Source of the DNA: Octopus sinensis
Lineage: Eukaryota
Reading direction: 5' to 3'
Assembly (NCBI RefSeq): GCF_006345805.1
Contig: NC_043022.1
Span: 12,958,001-13,022,000, forward strand
DNA length: 64,000 nucleotides
Shown here piece by piece: positions 51,288 through 63,610 of the stretch. The notes under the pieces were generated by a model. That model was not told the DNA's origin, ran no database searches, and worked only from the letters and a program-made list of their open reading frames with translations. Each line of letters begins with the position of its first letter. The stretch's first letter is position 1. The position numbers and the translations under genes are program-made.

Positions 51288-51475
51288 CACACAGCCATAT
51301 CCTGTTGAAAACACTGGTTCTTGTCCAGTACTGAAGTTAAGTAACATCAAGCCTAGTTAGCACTAAGATGGGTGATTGCTTGGGAACCCTGGGCATTGTA
51401 AGCAAAACCTTTGGTTAATGGCAGTGCCCCGACATAGTCACAGCCGCTAACTGAAACTAATATAATAAAAGAATA
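51288..51475 (+). mobile_element. 5S rRNA-derived SINE-like element (or 5S retropseudogene with a SINE/LINE tail)
   Basis: 51288-51403 aligns by eye along the whole metazoan 5S rRNA (gccat..c..gttgaaaacac.ggttct.gtcc...gaagttaag...gatgggtga..gc.tgggaa..c.ggg..tgta) with CpGs decayed, followed by a decayed copy of the family B tail. Confidence 0.8.
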
Positions 51476-51556
51476 TATACACACCACACACATGCTCGCA
51501 AACATGTATGTGTTATATATATATATATATTATATATATATATATATGTTTGTATA

Positions 51557-51598
<42 letters not shown>

Positions 51599-51635
51599 AT
51601 ATATATATATATATATATATATTTGTATATATATA

Positions 51636-51674
<39 letters not shown>

Positions 51675-51779
51675 ATATATATATATATATATATTTGTTT
51701 TGTATATATAGTATATATATTATTTGTATATATATATATATATATATATTTGTATATATATATATATATATATATATTG

Positions 51780-51811
<32 letters not shown>

Positions 51812-52748
51812 CAATTTAACTTAAGACTTATTCTTCTCTCTCATCAACAGAAATCTTGTATCTAACTCCCCTCCTGCGTCCCCTCCCCCCAGGCCTGGTG
51901 ACCACAATACCATCTCCTCCCACCTTCCATCTGACTCTCGTCGGCTTCTCTGTGATAAGAACATTAGCCTTACAACAATTGCACTTTCGATATATTAATG
52001 AACCACTGTGCTTTATTTTCCTTGTGAAAGACTCCGACTCACCTCTGACCTTGCTCCACTCCACTCCACTCCACTCTCGAGTCTAACTCTCTCTTTGACC
52101 TTACTCCACTCCACTCTTATACGCAGTTGCATCATGTTGCATTCACCAGTAAACAATTCTGGAATTTCAAAGATATTGACACTTGTTAAAAAAAAAAAAA
52201 AAAAAAAAAATTCTGCAACACGATTCCTATTTCAAACCTTCGCTTGTTCAATTAACGAGCAGACTTACTCTTGTTAATTATTTCGTTGTTTTTTTTCTTT
52301 CCTTTTTAATGTGTATATTTATATAAAAAAAAAAAATACATATACTTTTTGACGCATATATACACATAATTACACATACTCTTTATGTGTGTATGTATAT
52401 ATATAAATAAGAATTTACACTGATACACACACAAACATTCTCCTCATCTCTCTTTCTCTCACACTGTCCGTTTGTTTGTATGTGTAAACAGCCACCAGCA
52501 TCTCATGTCACGCCTCAGCAGTTATCATGACTGGAAACCAAACATAATATTTCATTCTTACCAACCAATTTACGAATTTCATTATTTGTATAGTAAAACC
52601 AAAGCTTCTAGTGACGATGGAGAAGTTCAAGCAGGTCACTTTGGTACATTGGACAACCTTCAACTTTTCCCATCCAAGGAGGTTTTTAGCCAAATATTCT
52701 ACACATTATTATTTATAGAAGTGAGGGAGCATGGCCTAGTTGTTAGAG

Positions 52749-52949
52749 CAGTGCTTTTCAAAGTTTTTGCTGGCGCAGAACCCCAAGGAAACATTCCACT
52801 GGCTCGGAGAACCCCTGTGCAACAATTTAATAGTCTTATGCACACATATCTGCACAGGAGAATTAAAAATTACTGCCAATTTTAGCAGTTTTGTAACTTC
52901 TTGCAGAACCCCTGGACTGTACTGGCGGAACCCTGGTTGAAAACCACTG
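52749..52949. mobile_element. hAT-type MITE nested in the head of a family C-like SINE
   Basis: TIRs cagtgcttttcaa / ttgaaaaccactg; perfect 8-bp TSD tgttagag at 52741-52748 and 52950-52957. Confidence 0.88.
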
Positions 52950-53506
52950 TGTTAGAGTATCGCACTCATAATAACAAGATTATGGTTTTGATTCCCAGAC
53001 TGAGCAATGCACTGTTCTTGAGCAGAACAGTCCATTTTGCGTTGTTGAGCAAATCACATTCACATCTGACACACTGTGCACCTGTTCACCCCTATAAACA
53101 AATCATCTGTGCAGGTTAGATTGTTCAGCAAAAGATTGCAAGACCTTCACCTGTTGTCTGCAATTATTTATAGCTTTATCTACTTCAAGTTCCATCTGTC
53201 TTAAAGCAATATTTCTATATCTTTGTCTAGAAATCCAAATCCCAGAACATAGGAATAAATAGCATTAGTGTAATTTATGCCAGCTATTAAATGTAATTTA
53301 TATCAAATAACCCCACAAATGTTTATAACTGAGTAAGTTTATCACTGAATGACAGCCAGAGGCAGGTTTTATATTAGGATGTCTTTCTGTTATTTTATTA
53401 TAGAGTAGTTGTGATAGAGGTCTGTGTGTGTGTGATCTACATTGAAAGAAAAAAAAACCATGTTCTGGTTGTTGTGCAATGATTATATTCCCTTCCTTAG
53501 TTTTTG

Positions 53507-53512
53507 AATAAA
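53507..53512 (+). promoter_or_regulatory. Candidate polyadenylation signal (would give a ~3.8 kb 3' UTR)
   Basis: AATAAA followed ~30 nt later by a T-run; other AATAAA hexamers exist (e.g. ~51465, ~54197), so the site is not unique. Confidence 0.3.
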
Positions 53513-54740
53513 TGATTTTGCTTCATTTTACAGGGATTGAATTTTTTTTTTTTATAAATAATTAAGCTACATATAATTCTAAAAATTCTAGTTAGTCAAA
53601 TAGTTAATGTAGTTGCTCAGTCAAAATTGACTTGGTATATATTTAATAATTTTCCAGTCTTCTCTGGGTGAGGTCATGTGTCAAGATGGTTGCATGTCTG
53701 TACATATATATATATATGTATGCATGTATGTATGTATGTATGTATGTATGTATACACACACACACTTATTGACAATAAAACCAAAAAAACACAGTATTTC
53801 TATAAACATATTTCAGAAAAATATATGCACACACACATATATTATTAAATGCTTTATATAAAAAAAAATTTCTGTTCCTGACATAAACTTTCAGCATCTT
53901 TATTTATTTATTTATTATTATTATTATTATACACATCCAGAAGTCCATTATTTAGTCATCTTAGATTGCCTTATTTATATCAATTGTTAATATGATTTCC
54001 ATGTATTGTTTGAATATTTAAAGCAATTACAGACCTGTTAGAAGTCCTCGAGTCTAAATATTGTTTGTCAGTCATCTTTCGAGAGAATTCACTCTCTCTC
54101 TGTCTCTCTCAAACACACACACACACACTGTCCTTTATCTCACCTCTCTAATATCATATTCTATGCAAACTGTTGAAAACCTATTTTTTACAGTAAAATA
54201 AATTTTCTCATGAAAGGGGCCTTATACGAGTGGAGTTCAACTACTATAATCCAAAGTTATCATACGACAATTTAAACCATAATTTTTATCTTGCAGCTGT
54301 CTTAAACTTCCTTATGTATTTTTAAGGTACAGCAATGTAGAGATGTTATTGGTGGTGGTGCAAAAAGTCTAACATCAAATGTATTGTGGTGATTGATTCA
54401 TGTTACCTGTGATTACAGGTGGTAACTACTTAAAGGTGTGTGTATGTATGTCATCTATGACATGCCTGTGGACAAAACTATCAGGTTTCTTTCTGTTTGC
54501 CACTGAGAACAACATAGAAATGTGTCTAACGAGGCCCAGGTTTCACCAGTTCTGGTTTTGCAAAGCATCCGAACTACACACTGTCTCAATATTAGTTCTT
54601 TGTTCCTTTTTCTCTGATTCTCTCCCACTCCATGTATATATATTTATGTATATATATTTATCTCTCTCTCTCTCTCTGTTATCTTTTCAATCACTGTACC
54701 TTGTTAATTCTCCAGTTATTGAGAGAAATAGTTAATACAT

Positions 54741-54857
54741 CACGTGATCACGTGACTGACCAGACCATCAGATCTTGCTACACATCGCTGGTCACAATGC
54801 GTCCGCATTGTTTTAGCCTTCGTACGACGTCACCCCGCTGGCTAAGCGAGCAGGCCT
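54741..54857. mobile_element. Unclassified 117-bp CpG-rich insertion with 10-bp TSD
   Basis: gttaatacat duplicated at 54731-54740 and 54858-54867; no TIRs; many internal complementarities. Confidence 0.75.
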
Positions 54858-55143
54858 GTTAATACATATTTATGTTAATTATTTCCTTATCAGGAATTTT
54901 AACAGCACCACAAACGTGGTGGTTTCTTCAGAGAACCTGTTGTCATGAAGAAACCTGGAAAATATCCAGAACTGATTTCTTCTGATTTTGTTTGCCACAA
55001 CCTGCACCATTATACCAGAAAATCACCACCCCCACCATTGGGCCAAAAACCCCACCTCTACTGGACCACAAAGCTATTACTATCAACATCATCGCTTAAC
55101 TAAAGAGGGAATCTCTTCAAGATCACTTGACCAACCTGAAATA

Positions 55144-55284
55144 TTAGGTTGTCCCAAAAGCTCGTAAACACTTGCGAAAATTGAATTTTTACTCGCCAAG
55201 TACTAACAAAAGCAACAAAAATTATTCCTCAAAATAAAGACCATTATTTTCCAAGACTTTCTACGAACTTTTGGGACAACCTTA
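55144..55284. mobile_element. Tc1/mariner-type MITE
   Basis: TA|ttaggttgtcccaaaagctcgta ... tacgaacttttgggacaacctta|TA. Confidence 0.8.
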
Positions 55285-56296
55285 TAGCAGCCAATTGTCC
55301 CTCAAATCACACCCTTATAAGCTTAAATTAAAAAAATAAAATGACACATTAGAAAATGTAGTTCTGGATAAACAGGGGAACGAAAATGGCCATGACCGGA
55401 ACAGATGTGACCATGGGTCTGCTCAATCCGAACTGACCTTGGACCAAGCAACTGCAACGCTGCACCCACTTAGCATCTCCTGCAAATGTTGTTGTTGTTT
55501 TTTTGTTCTTTGGGGGAGGGTGCATTGAAACTGTTTGATTATTAATGTAACATTGATTCTTGTGAAGAGAATTTGATCATATTTCTTCCAACTGAAAATA
55601 AAAACCAAATAGTTTTGCCTTAAAATCAATCTCCAACTTGAAGATAAATGAATTATAATGCCTAATGCCTGCTGTTTATCTGTCCAATGTGTTTTTGTAT
55701 TTGTATTGCGATGTGCTTGACTGTCTGTCTGTCTGTTTGTCTCTGAATATATTTTAATTGGGGCCAAAGAACTAACTTTTATTTCAAATCTAAATACATA
55801 GCAACTGTCCCTTGAACACAGCCATCACTTTTATGCGTGTGTATTCTTTCTTTTACTTGTTTCGGTCATGTGACTGTGGCCATGCTGGAGCACTGCCTTT
55901 AGTCGAGCAAATCGACACCGGGACTTACTCTTTGTAAGCCCAGTACTTATTCTATCGATCTCTTTTGCCAAATCACTATGTTATCGGGACATAAACACAC
56001 CAGCATCGGTTGTCAAGCGATGGTGGTGGAGGGGGACAAACACAGATATATACGCATACACAAACGCACACATACGATGGGCTTCTTTCATGATGTCCCC
56101 CTCACTGGGGACACACCTAAAAATAATCCCCTTGCTCCTGGCCACAACTTCATAGGCTCCATTGCAGCTGCCTACGTCCATCTAACAGCCTTTACAGTGT
56201 TCCAAGAGCATTGAACATTTTAATATTTGGTGCAGATCATCATGATACAGTCAAATCTTCCCCTATATTCACATGGCTTCCAACCTTCCATATCTC

Positions 56297-56686
56297 TCTT
56301 TACTCTTTAACTTGTTTCAGTCATTTGACCGCGGCCATGCTGGAGCACCGTCTTTAGTCGAGCAATTCGACCCCGAGACTTATTCGTTGGAAGCCCAGTA
56401 CTTATTCTATCGGTCTCTTTTGCCAAACCGCTAAGTGACAAGGACATAAACACACCAGCATCGGTTGTCAAGCGATGTTGGGGGGACAAACACAGACACA
56501 CAAACACACACATTCATATATACGACAGGCTTCTTTCAGTTTCCGTCTGCCAAATCCACTCACAAGGCATTAGTCGGCCCGAGGCTATAGCAGAAGACAC
56601 TTGCCCAAGATGCCACGCAGTGGGACTGAACCCGGAACCATGTGGTTGGTTAGCAAGCTACTTACCACACAGCCACTCCTGCGCCT
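56297..56686 (-). mobile_element. SINE family B, full length
   Basis: Reverse complement of 3773-4178. Confidence 0.85.
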
Positions 56687-56835
56687 ATCAACTAACTTTT
56701 TCTCAACTACAGCTTTAATCTTTATGCTCTACATTTCCACTGACTGTTATTCTATACATGAAACTGGTCCTGAAAAAGAGGAAACAAAATATCTTGAAGT
56801 TTAGCCCAAACACCATGTATACATATATATTAATC

Positions 56836-57184
56836 ACCAAAAAGCACCATCCGATCGTGGCCGTTGCCAGCCTCACCTGGCCCCCGTGCCGGTAGCACGT
56901 AAAAAGCACCATCCGATCATGGCTATTGCCAGCCACACCTGGCCCCCGTGCCGGTGGCACGTAAAAAGCACCATCCAATCGTGGCCGTTTGCCAGCCTCG
57001 TCTGGCATGTAAAAAGCACCCACTACACTCACGGAGTGGTTGGCGTTAGGAAGGGCATCCAGCCGTAGAAACACTGCCAGATCAGACTGGAGCCTGATGC
57101 AGCCTTCTGGCTTCCCAGACCCCAGTTGAACCGTCCAACCCATGCTAGCATGGAAAGCGGACGTTAAACGATGAAGATGATGAT
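56836..57184 (+). mobile_element. Retroposon family D, about 3 monomers
   Basis: Tandem ...cccccgtgccggtggcacgtaaaaagcaccatcc units, body, gatgaagatgatga tail. Confidence 0.88.
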
Positions 57185-57552
57185 TAATATTAATCTTCTT
57201 TCCCCACAGACTAATGACAGGTAAGGTATATATATTTTTTTTAAATATGTTTAAATAATTTATAATTTATTCTTATTGTATGTTATAGTAGGCTTTAAAA
57301 TGCTTATATTATTAGATTAGTATTTTGTATATAACTTTCTATGTGTACTCCAGAAAATGAGGTTGTGGTCCTATTGGTAAAATCCCGAATTTGTAATAAT
57401 GATATAATTGATGCTGTTTGCTTTGCATTAGTAAAGCGTAAAATAGTAAATATCCTGATAACCTGGAATAATTATTATTATTCCCTAAGTTTTTTAAAAA
57501 TATATCATATATATATACATACATACATACATATATACATACATACATACAT

Positions 57553-57582
<30 letters not shown>

Positions 57583-57583
<1 letters not shown>

Positions 57584-58600
57584 AGAGCGGGGCTGAGGAC
57601 TGATCCTTGGTGAGCCCTACCCCTACCTGGAATTCTTCACTATACTCGTACAGCTTCCCTGTACATGGCTTGTACAGCTCCTACTAACCACTTATCTATC
57701 TTTAGTTTCCACATTGACCACCAGATAAGGGATTAGGGGACTCTGTCAAAGGTCTTTCCATGTCGACGAAAACCAAGTACAGAGGTTTATCTTTGGCTAG
57801 GTATTTCTCCTGCAGCTGTCTTATCAGAAATACTGCATCTTGTCTAGACTAACTCCCTCCCTAATTAGTTGGGCTATGAGCCTTTCTGTGACTTTCGTTA
57901 CCTGATCCAACAATTTGACACCTCTGTAATAATTTGTATCTAAAGCATCACCTTTACCTTTGAAACAGTTGACTATTATGCTGCTACACCAGTCATTGGG
58001 TATGATTCATTCATGTATCACTTTACTCTTTAACTTGTTTCAGTCATATGACTGCGGCCATGTTGGAGCACCGCCTTTAGTCGAGCAGTTCGACCCCTGA
58101 GACTTACATATGGGTGACTAGACTATAGCTGACACCGCCAAATATTTTAAGCATCTCTGCAGTGATTCCTGTTTTCATACTCTTAATTGCTTTATCTACC
58201 AAGGTACAGTCAATTCGAATAGCTGATCCCTCTGTTGGGTCAACATTCGGTAGACTCTCTCCCATTCATTCTCTTCATTTAGCAACCTTTCATAGTGGCA
58301 TCTCCAACTCTCTCTCTTTGCAGTCTCATTAAATGCAAGTCAGCCATTATCCATGCGGACACATTTCTCTTCTACGACATCACGATTCTCTCTCACACAC
58401 TGTCTTGCAACATAAAACTCTTCAGGTCTTTGGCCCTCACAACACAGAACATTGGCAAATTTTTTCTTATCTGCTTCCCCTCTGGCTAAATAAACCTGTC
58501 TCCTAGCTTCCCTGGTGCTGATCTGATACAGTTCCCTGCTACCGCTGTTCTTCTAGTCCTTCCATGCCTGTTTCTTTTCCCTAATGGCCCTGTCAACTAC
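57583..58600 (-). mobile_element. Fragmented RTE-type LINE reverse transcriptase region, interrupted by a SINE B fragment
   Basis: Minus strand encodes DAVFLIRQLQEKYLAKDKPLYLVFVDME.. and HQGSVLSP, with deletions and frameshifts. Confidence 0.85.
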
Positions 58601-59081
58601 ATACATACATACATATACACATATATATATAAACACACACACACACATATATATATTCTGTTATTTGTTTCAGTCATTTGACTGTGGCAATGCTGGAGCA
58701 CCGCCTTTAACCAAGCCAATCAACCCCAGGACTTGTTCTTTGTAGGTTTGGTACTTGTTCTATCGGTCTCTTTTGCCGAACTGCTAAGCTAACAGGATGT
58801 AAACACACCAGCATGGGTAGTCAAACAATAAGGGGATGGAACAGATACACACAAATACATACATACATATATATACACGACGAGCTTCTTTCAGTTTCCA
58901 TCTACCAAATCTACTCACAAGGCTTCAGTCGCCCCAAGGCTATAGTGGAAAACTATATATATATATATCTATATATATATATAATTATTATTTGAGGGAA
59001 TAAAATCCAAACTTACAAGGAAAAAGAATTCAATTTAGAAATACTAAATCAAATTCCACACAATATAATATATATATATAC

Positions 59082-59281
59082 ATAAAATATTAGAAAAAAA
59101 AACACCTTTTATCAATTCAAAATGTTTCTCTACCTATTATATACATTATATTATTTTTGTAATTTACTTAACCTTTACTTTTTAATTGTTATTTTAATTT
59201 TAACTTTTCTATTATATGTAATTTTCTACATGGTGTAATTTAATTATTCATTTTGAATTGATAACAGGTGGAGTTTTTCTA

Positions 59282-59290
<9 letters not shown>
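59082..59290. mobile_element. AT-rich TIR element in (TA)n
   Basis: ataaaatattagaaaaa..cacct.ttatcaattcaaaatg is mirrored by cattttgaattgataacaggtg..tttttctaatattttat. Confidence 0.65.
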
Positions 59291-59320
<30 letters not shown>

Positions 59321-59584
59321 CTAGCAGTATCGCCAGGCGTTGCTTGGGTTTGTAAGGGAAATAACTATATAAGCATTTTTAGAGAGTTATAGCAAAAAGA
59401 TGATGGTAAATTTTTTTTTAAATCGTAGACTCATTGTAGACGCGTGCTAATACCCAGAAAGGCTCGATATGAATCGCGACTATAAGATACCCGGTTTTGG
59501 TTAAACTGCACCCCAAAATGTGGGAGTAGTTAGGAATCTAAATCGTAGGAGACAGACACACAACCTTACTTTTATATATAAAGA
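59321..59584 (-). mobile_element. Non-autonomous Helitron
   Basis: Minus strand reads A|TC...CTAG|T with no TSD; subterminal hairpin ccaggc-gtt-gcttgg about 12 nt from the CTAG end. Confidence 0.8.
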
Positions 59585-59907
59585 TGTATAGTTTTTGTTA
59601 ATGTTTATTGATGAAGTGAAACACAATAAATGTTGACTACAGCTTTATGCTGCAAGTGCATTATATAGTATTAAGTATGTGAATTGATGTGCGACAGATA
59701 TGAGTGACATCTCCAAGCAGTCAGCTCAGTCATTGGTCGACAAGTCATGTGAACAGATTTTGCTATTCATACAACTCGGCTTTTTACTATCAAAACAATA
59801 GATCGCTTGTGACATCTTTGTTTATTCTACACAAACTGATATATTGCTCTCTCTCTCTCTTTCCCACCTCATCAATTTATGTACCTATCCATCTCTTAGC
59901 TATGTAT

Positions 59908-60126
59908 TTAACCCTTTAGTGTCTAAACCGGCCAAAATATTCTACCTATTTTAATGTTCAAACTAGTCAGATATGGTCATTCATAGCTACCTTATTGTGT
60001 CGTTTTAAAAATAAACAATCACATCATTGAAATCTCAAAGCCATGAAATGATGCAAGATTAATTTTACATGGTGTGAATACATAAGCTTTACATTTGACA
60101 GAATAATCTGAATGCTTAAGGGTTAA
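59908..60126. mobile_element. piggyBac-type MITE
   Basis: TTAA|CCCTT...AAGGG|TTAA, internal homology to the 29043 and 29406 copies. Confidence 0.8.
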
Positions 60127-60939
60127 GTTGATATATTTATGTGTGTGTGTAACAGTTAAGGGAGATGTGCATTACTAATGTCATAGTAGAGAGAAGTGTT
60201 GAAAGCATAAGAAAGCAAGTTTTAGAAAGAAGAAAGCCACAGAGCGATGATGTGTCGTTGGCAAATCTGTAGTTCACTGTGGCCAGTGTGACATGTCTCT
60301 TAAGTTAGTAGCAGCAGCGATAAAGGGAATCTACTTTGAGGGGTGGAAGTGGTGTGTCTGACAGGTCAAGCTGTCTGCTAGAAAGCAAAGCAAACAAGGA
60401 AGAACTGACCGTTGCATTAAAGTGATGGAAAAGTACTGAACATGGGGCTAAGAGAATGGGTTCTGTTTATATTGTCTGAAGCAACTTAATGTCTGCACCA
60501 GAACAAAGGAATTCCTTATCTATGATTCAACTCTTGGTGATCTATGGAGCTACTTAAACTAAGAAAGTGACATAAAAAAAATAACAGCTGATCTCATCAA
60601 TTCTGATGTGCTGTAGATTAGACAAAGGGGGAAAGTGTTGGAGTGAAATCTAAGTTATGGCTTTGATTCTGAAGCTAAGCAGCCAAAAGTGATCTCTTAC
60701 ATTAGAGAGTGTGTGTGTGTGTTTATAATATATATATTATAACTATAAAAACTACAAGAAGTCTTATATAAATATATGTATGTGTGTGTATATCATATAT
60801 GTGTTATACATTTAAAATGTAATATGTGATAATTATTCAGTAGTTTCGGATGTCGGGGCGGAAACCCATACTGCCATCTCTTGCTATGAAATATGTATAT
60901 ATACAGTAATTATCTATTGCTGTTAATATATATTTTTAA

Positions 60940-61995
60940 AAAATTAACAAAGAGCCTCAGGCCAAGATTGAAACTTTGTTAAAGAGGTTGTGTGTGTGTG
61001 TGTTATTGTGTCCATGACTTTACCCACAAGACCATTGAGACAACAACATTAGCTAGTGTGAAAATAATATATTTAAACCTATCAGGCTAATTTAATCAAT
61101 AACCAATCATTAAAATAGATTTAAATATCTCATTTTTGGTATAAGTAGTATTACTGGCCTTATGGCCCAGTGGATAAGGGTGGTAGGTTACAAACAAGAC
61201 AGTGGGGTAGATAGAGGTTCCAGTCCCAGGTAGGGACTGTGATAGGATCTTATTTTGTTTTATTTTTTTCTGTAAATGGAGAAAAAAAAATTTAACAAAG
61301 AGCCTCAGGCCAAGATTGAACCTTAGTTAAAGAGGTTTGTGCATTACTGTGTCCATGACTTTACCCACAAGACCATTGAGACAACAACAATAACTACTTT
61401 GAAAATAATATATTTAAATCTATCACCAACCAATCATTAAAATAGATTTAAGTATCTCATTTTTACTATAAGTAGTATTACGGGCCCCATGGCCCAGTAG
61501 ATAAAGGGGGGTTGGTTACAGATAAGACAGTGGGGCAGATAGATGAAAGGTTCAGTCTCAGGTAGGGACTGTGATAGGATTTTATTTTTTTTTCTGTAAA
61601 TGGAGAAGGTTGGGAGAAAAAAAAAAACACCGACTACTTTCACAAAGTTTGAACCTTAGTTAAAGAGGTTTGGGTGTTACTGTGTCCATGACTCTACCCA
61701 CAAGACCATCAAGACAACAACAATAACTAGTGTGAAAATAATATATTTAAACCTATCAGACTAATAAATCAATAACAGTGGGGGTGGATGGAGGTTTCAG
61801 TCTCAGATTTCATTTTATTTTTCTCTCGAGATGTGTTAAAAGGAGGAAGAAAACAAAAAACACAATCAGTATATGCCATGGGCCAAGATTGATCTTTTGT
61901 CCAAGGGGTATATGTGTTGCTATGTCTGTATGTCTTTACTCACAGGACCATTGAGGCAATAGCTAGTTTGAAAATGATATATTTAAATCTTATAT
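60940..61995. repeat. Degenerate tandem repeat, unit up to about 350 bp, 3-4 copies
   Basis: ggccaagattga..ttaaagaggtt..tgtgtccatgactttacccacaagaccattgagacaac..gaaaataatatatttaaa recurs at about 60960, 61308, 61650 and 61880. Confidence 0.8.
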
Positions 61996-62275
61996 AGCTA
62001 TTTGATGTAGTGGTGTTCATGGTTTTCTGTGACTTGAGTAATATTTGAGGGGAGAATGTGAAATGCTCCAGAACACAACATGCTGCCTGATTCAGGAATT
62101 GATCTCACTGCCGTAATGATTATAAGCTGAACACCCGAACCACAAGGCCATGCACTTTCATGGCAAAGTCAGTAGAGTGATGGGTTGATTTCCATTTATA
62201 TCCTGGGTTCAAATTCTTCCAAGTTCAGCTTAGCTTTTCATTCTTCTGGGGTCAATAAAATAAAGTATGGGCCGT

Positions 62276-62479
62276 CACTGCTGAGGACATGCATAAGCTC
62301 CCAAGGAATGAATCCAGTATGATCCGATGGATGTGTAATGACAGTGTGCATATTCGACAGAGTGTAAGTACCTTGAGAGAAAAGTTTGACCTAAGAAGCA
62401 TCAGATGTGGTGTGCAAGAGAGACTTTTGTGCTGGTATGGTCATGTGGCGAGAATGGATGTGGATAGCTGTGTGAAAAT
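62276..62479 (+). mobile_element. RTE-type LINE 3' ORF fragment
   Basis: RNESSMIRWMC...LREK...RLLCWYGHVARM. Confidence 0.8.
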
Positions 62480-62569
62480 GTATGTATATATATATATGTA
62501 TGTGTATGTGTATATATATATGTATATTTATATGTATATATATGTATGTATATATATATAAATATATGA

Positions 62570-63181
62570 TGATAATATTAGGGAGTATAACTCCAAACTT
62601 ACAGGGAAAAATTCAATTTAGTATTAAATCAAATTTCACAGTATAACTATATAAAATATAAATTAGACATGAAACCACTATCGTGCAACTCAAACACTAA
62701 TAGACATAAACCAATACATAAATAACAAATAATATATATCTATATACATGATGATAATATATATATATTTTTAATAATATATAACTTATAACTAGACCTC
62801 AAAAAGTATAAAAAGAATGATAAATATAATATAATAAGTAAAAACACTAAGTGTATTTCATGGCTATAATTAAATTCGAATCAAAATTATAGTCAATCTT
62901 CAGATTAATGATAATAGTTAAATAAATAAGCAAATAGAGTTAAACAATATTTATTTAAGAAATAAATAAAATAATAATTTTTCTTTTAGAAAAATCTCCA
63001 TTAACTAAATTAGAAACTGAAAATATTAGGATTATTTCCTACAACACATTTATTAAGTTAAATGTTTAATTTTTAAGGTAAAAATAGATAGAAATATGTA
63101 TTTATCTTTGAAGATATAATTTGGCATTAAAAAACATAATAAACTCTAATATCTTTAACTCAGTTATACTCCAAATTTAAT

Positions 63182-63185
<4 letters not shown>
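62570..63185. mobile_element. AT-rich TIR-like element between TA microsatellites
   Basis: Left end ataatattagggagtataac, right end gttatactccaaatttaattat; left part homologous to 58981-59065. Confidence 0.5.
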
Positions 63186-63214
<29 letters not shown>

Positions 63215-63407
63215 ATATACATATATGTGTATGTATATGTATATATATATGTATGTATATATATATATATGTATGTGTATATATATATGTATGTGTATAT
63301 ATATGTATATGTGTATATATATGTATGTATATATATATGTGTGTGTATATGTATGTATATATATATGTATGTATGTATATGTATGAATATGTGTATGTAT
63401 GTATGTG

Positions 63408-63610
63408 TAAGGCAATGAGAAGCATGAAGACAGGGAAAGCCCAGGCGCATCAGGAATTACTGCAGAGATGCTCAAAATATCTGGCAGTGTCGGCTACAGC
63501 CTAGTCACCCGTATAGTTAACCAGGTGATACACGAAGGAGTCATCCCCAATGACTGGTGTAGCAGCATAATAGTTAACTGCTACAAAGGGTGACGCCCTA
63601 GATACAAATA
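63408..63610 (+). mobile_element. RTE-type LINE RT N-terminal fragment
   Basis: KAMRSMKTGKA / GITAEMLKISGSVGYSLVTRIVNQVIHEGVIPNDWCSSIIVNCYKG; same family as 57900-58200 (-). Confidence 0.8.

Noticed and set aside
51288-51403. Functional 5S rRNA gene
   Set aside because: It has many CpG-type substitutions, is an isolated copy and has a SINE-like tail instead of a terminator.
56880-56975. Pistol or HDV-like ribozyme in the family D monomer
   Set aside because: The CGUGC..GCACGUAAA hairpin recalls pistol P1 and CCAGCCUC..CUGGC recalls HDV P3, but pistol P2, GCG and the GU cleavage site, and HDV P1/P1.1/J4/2, cannot be built.
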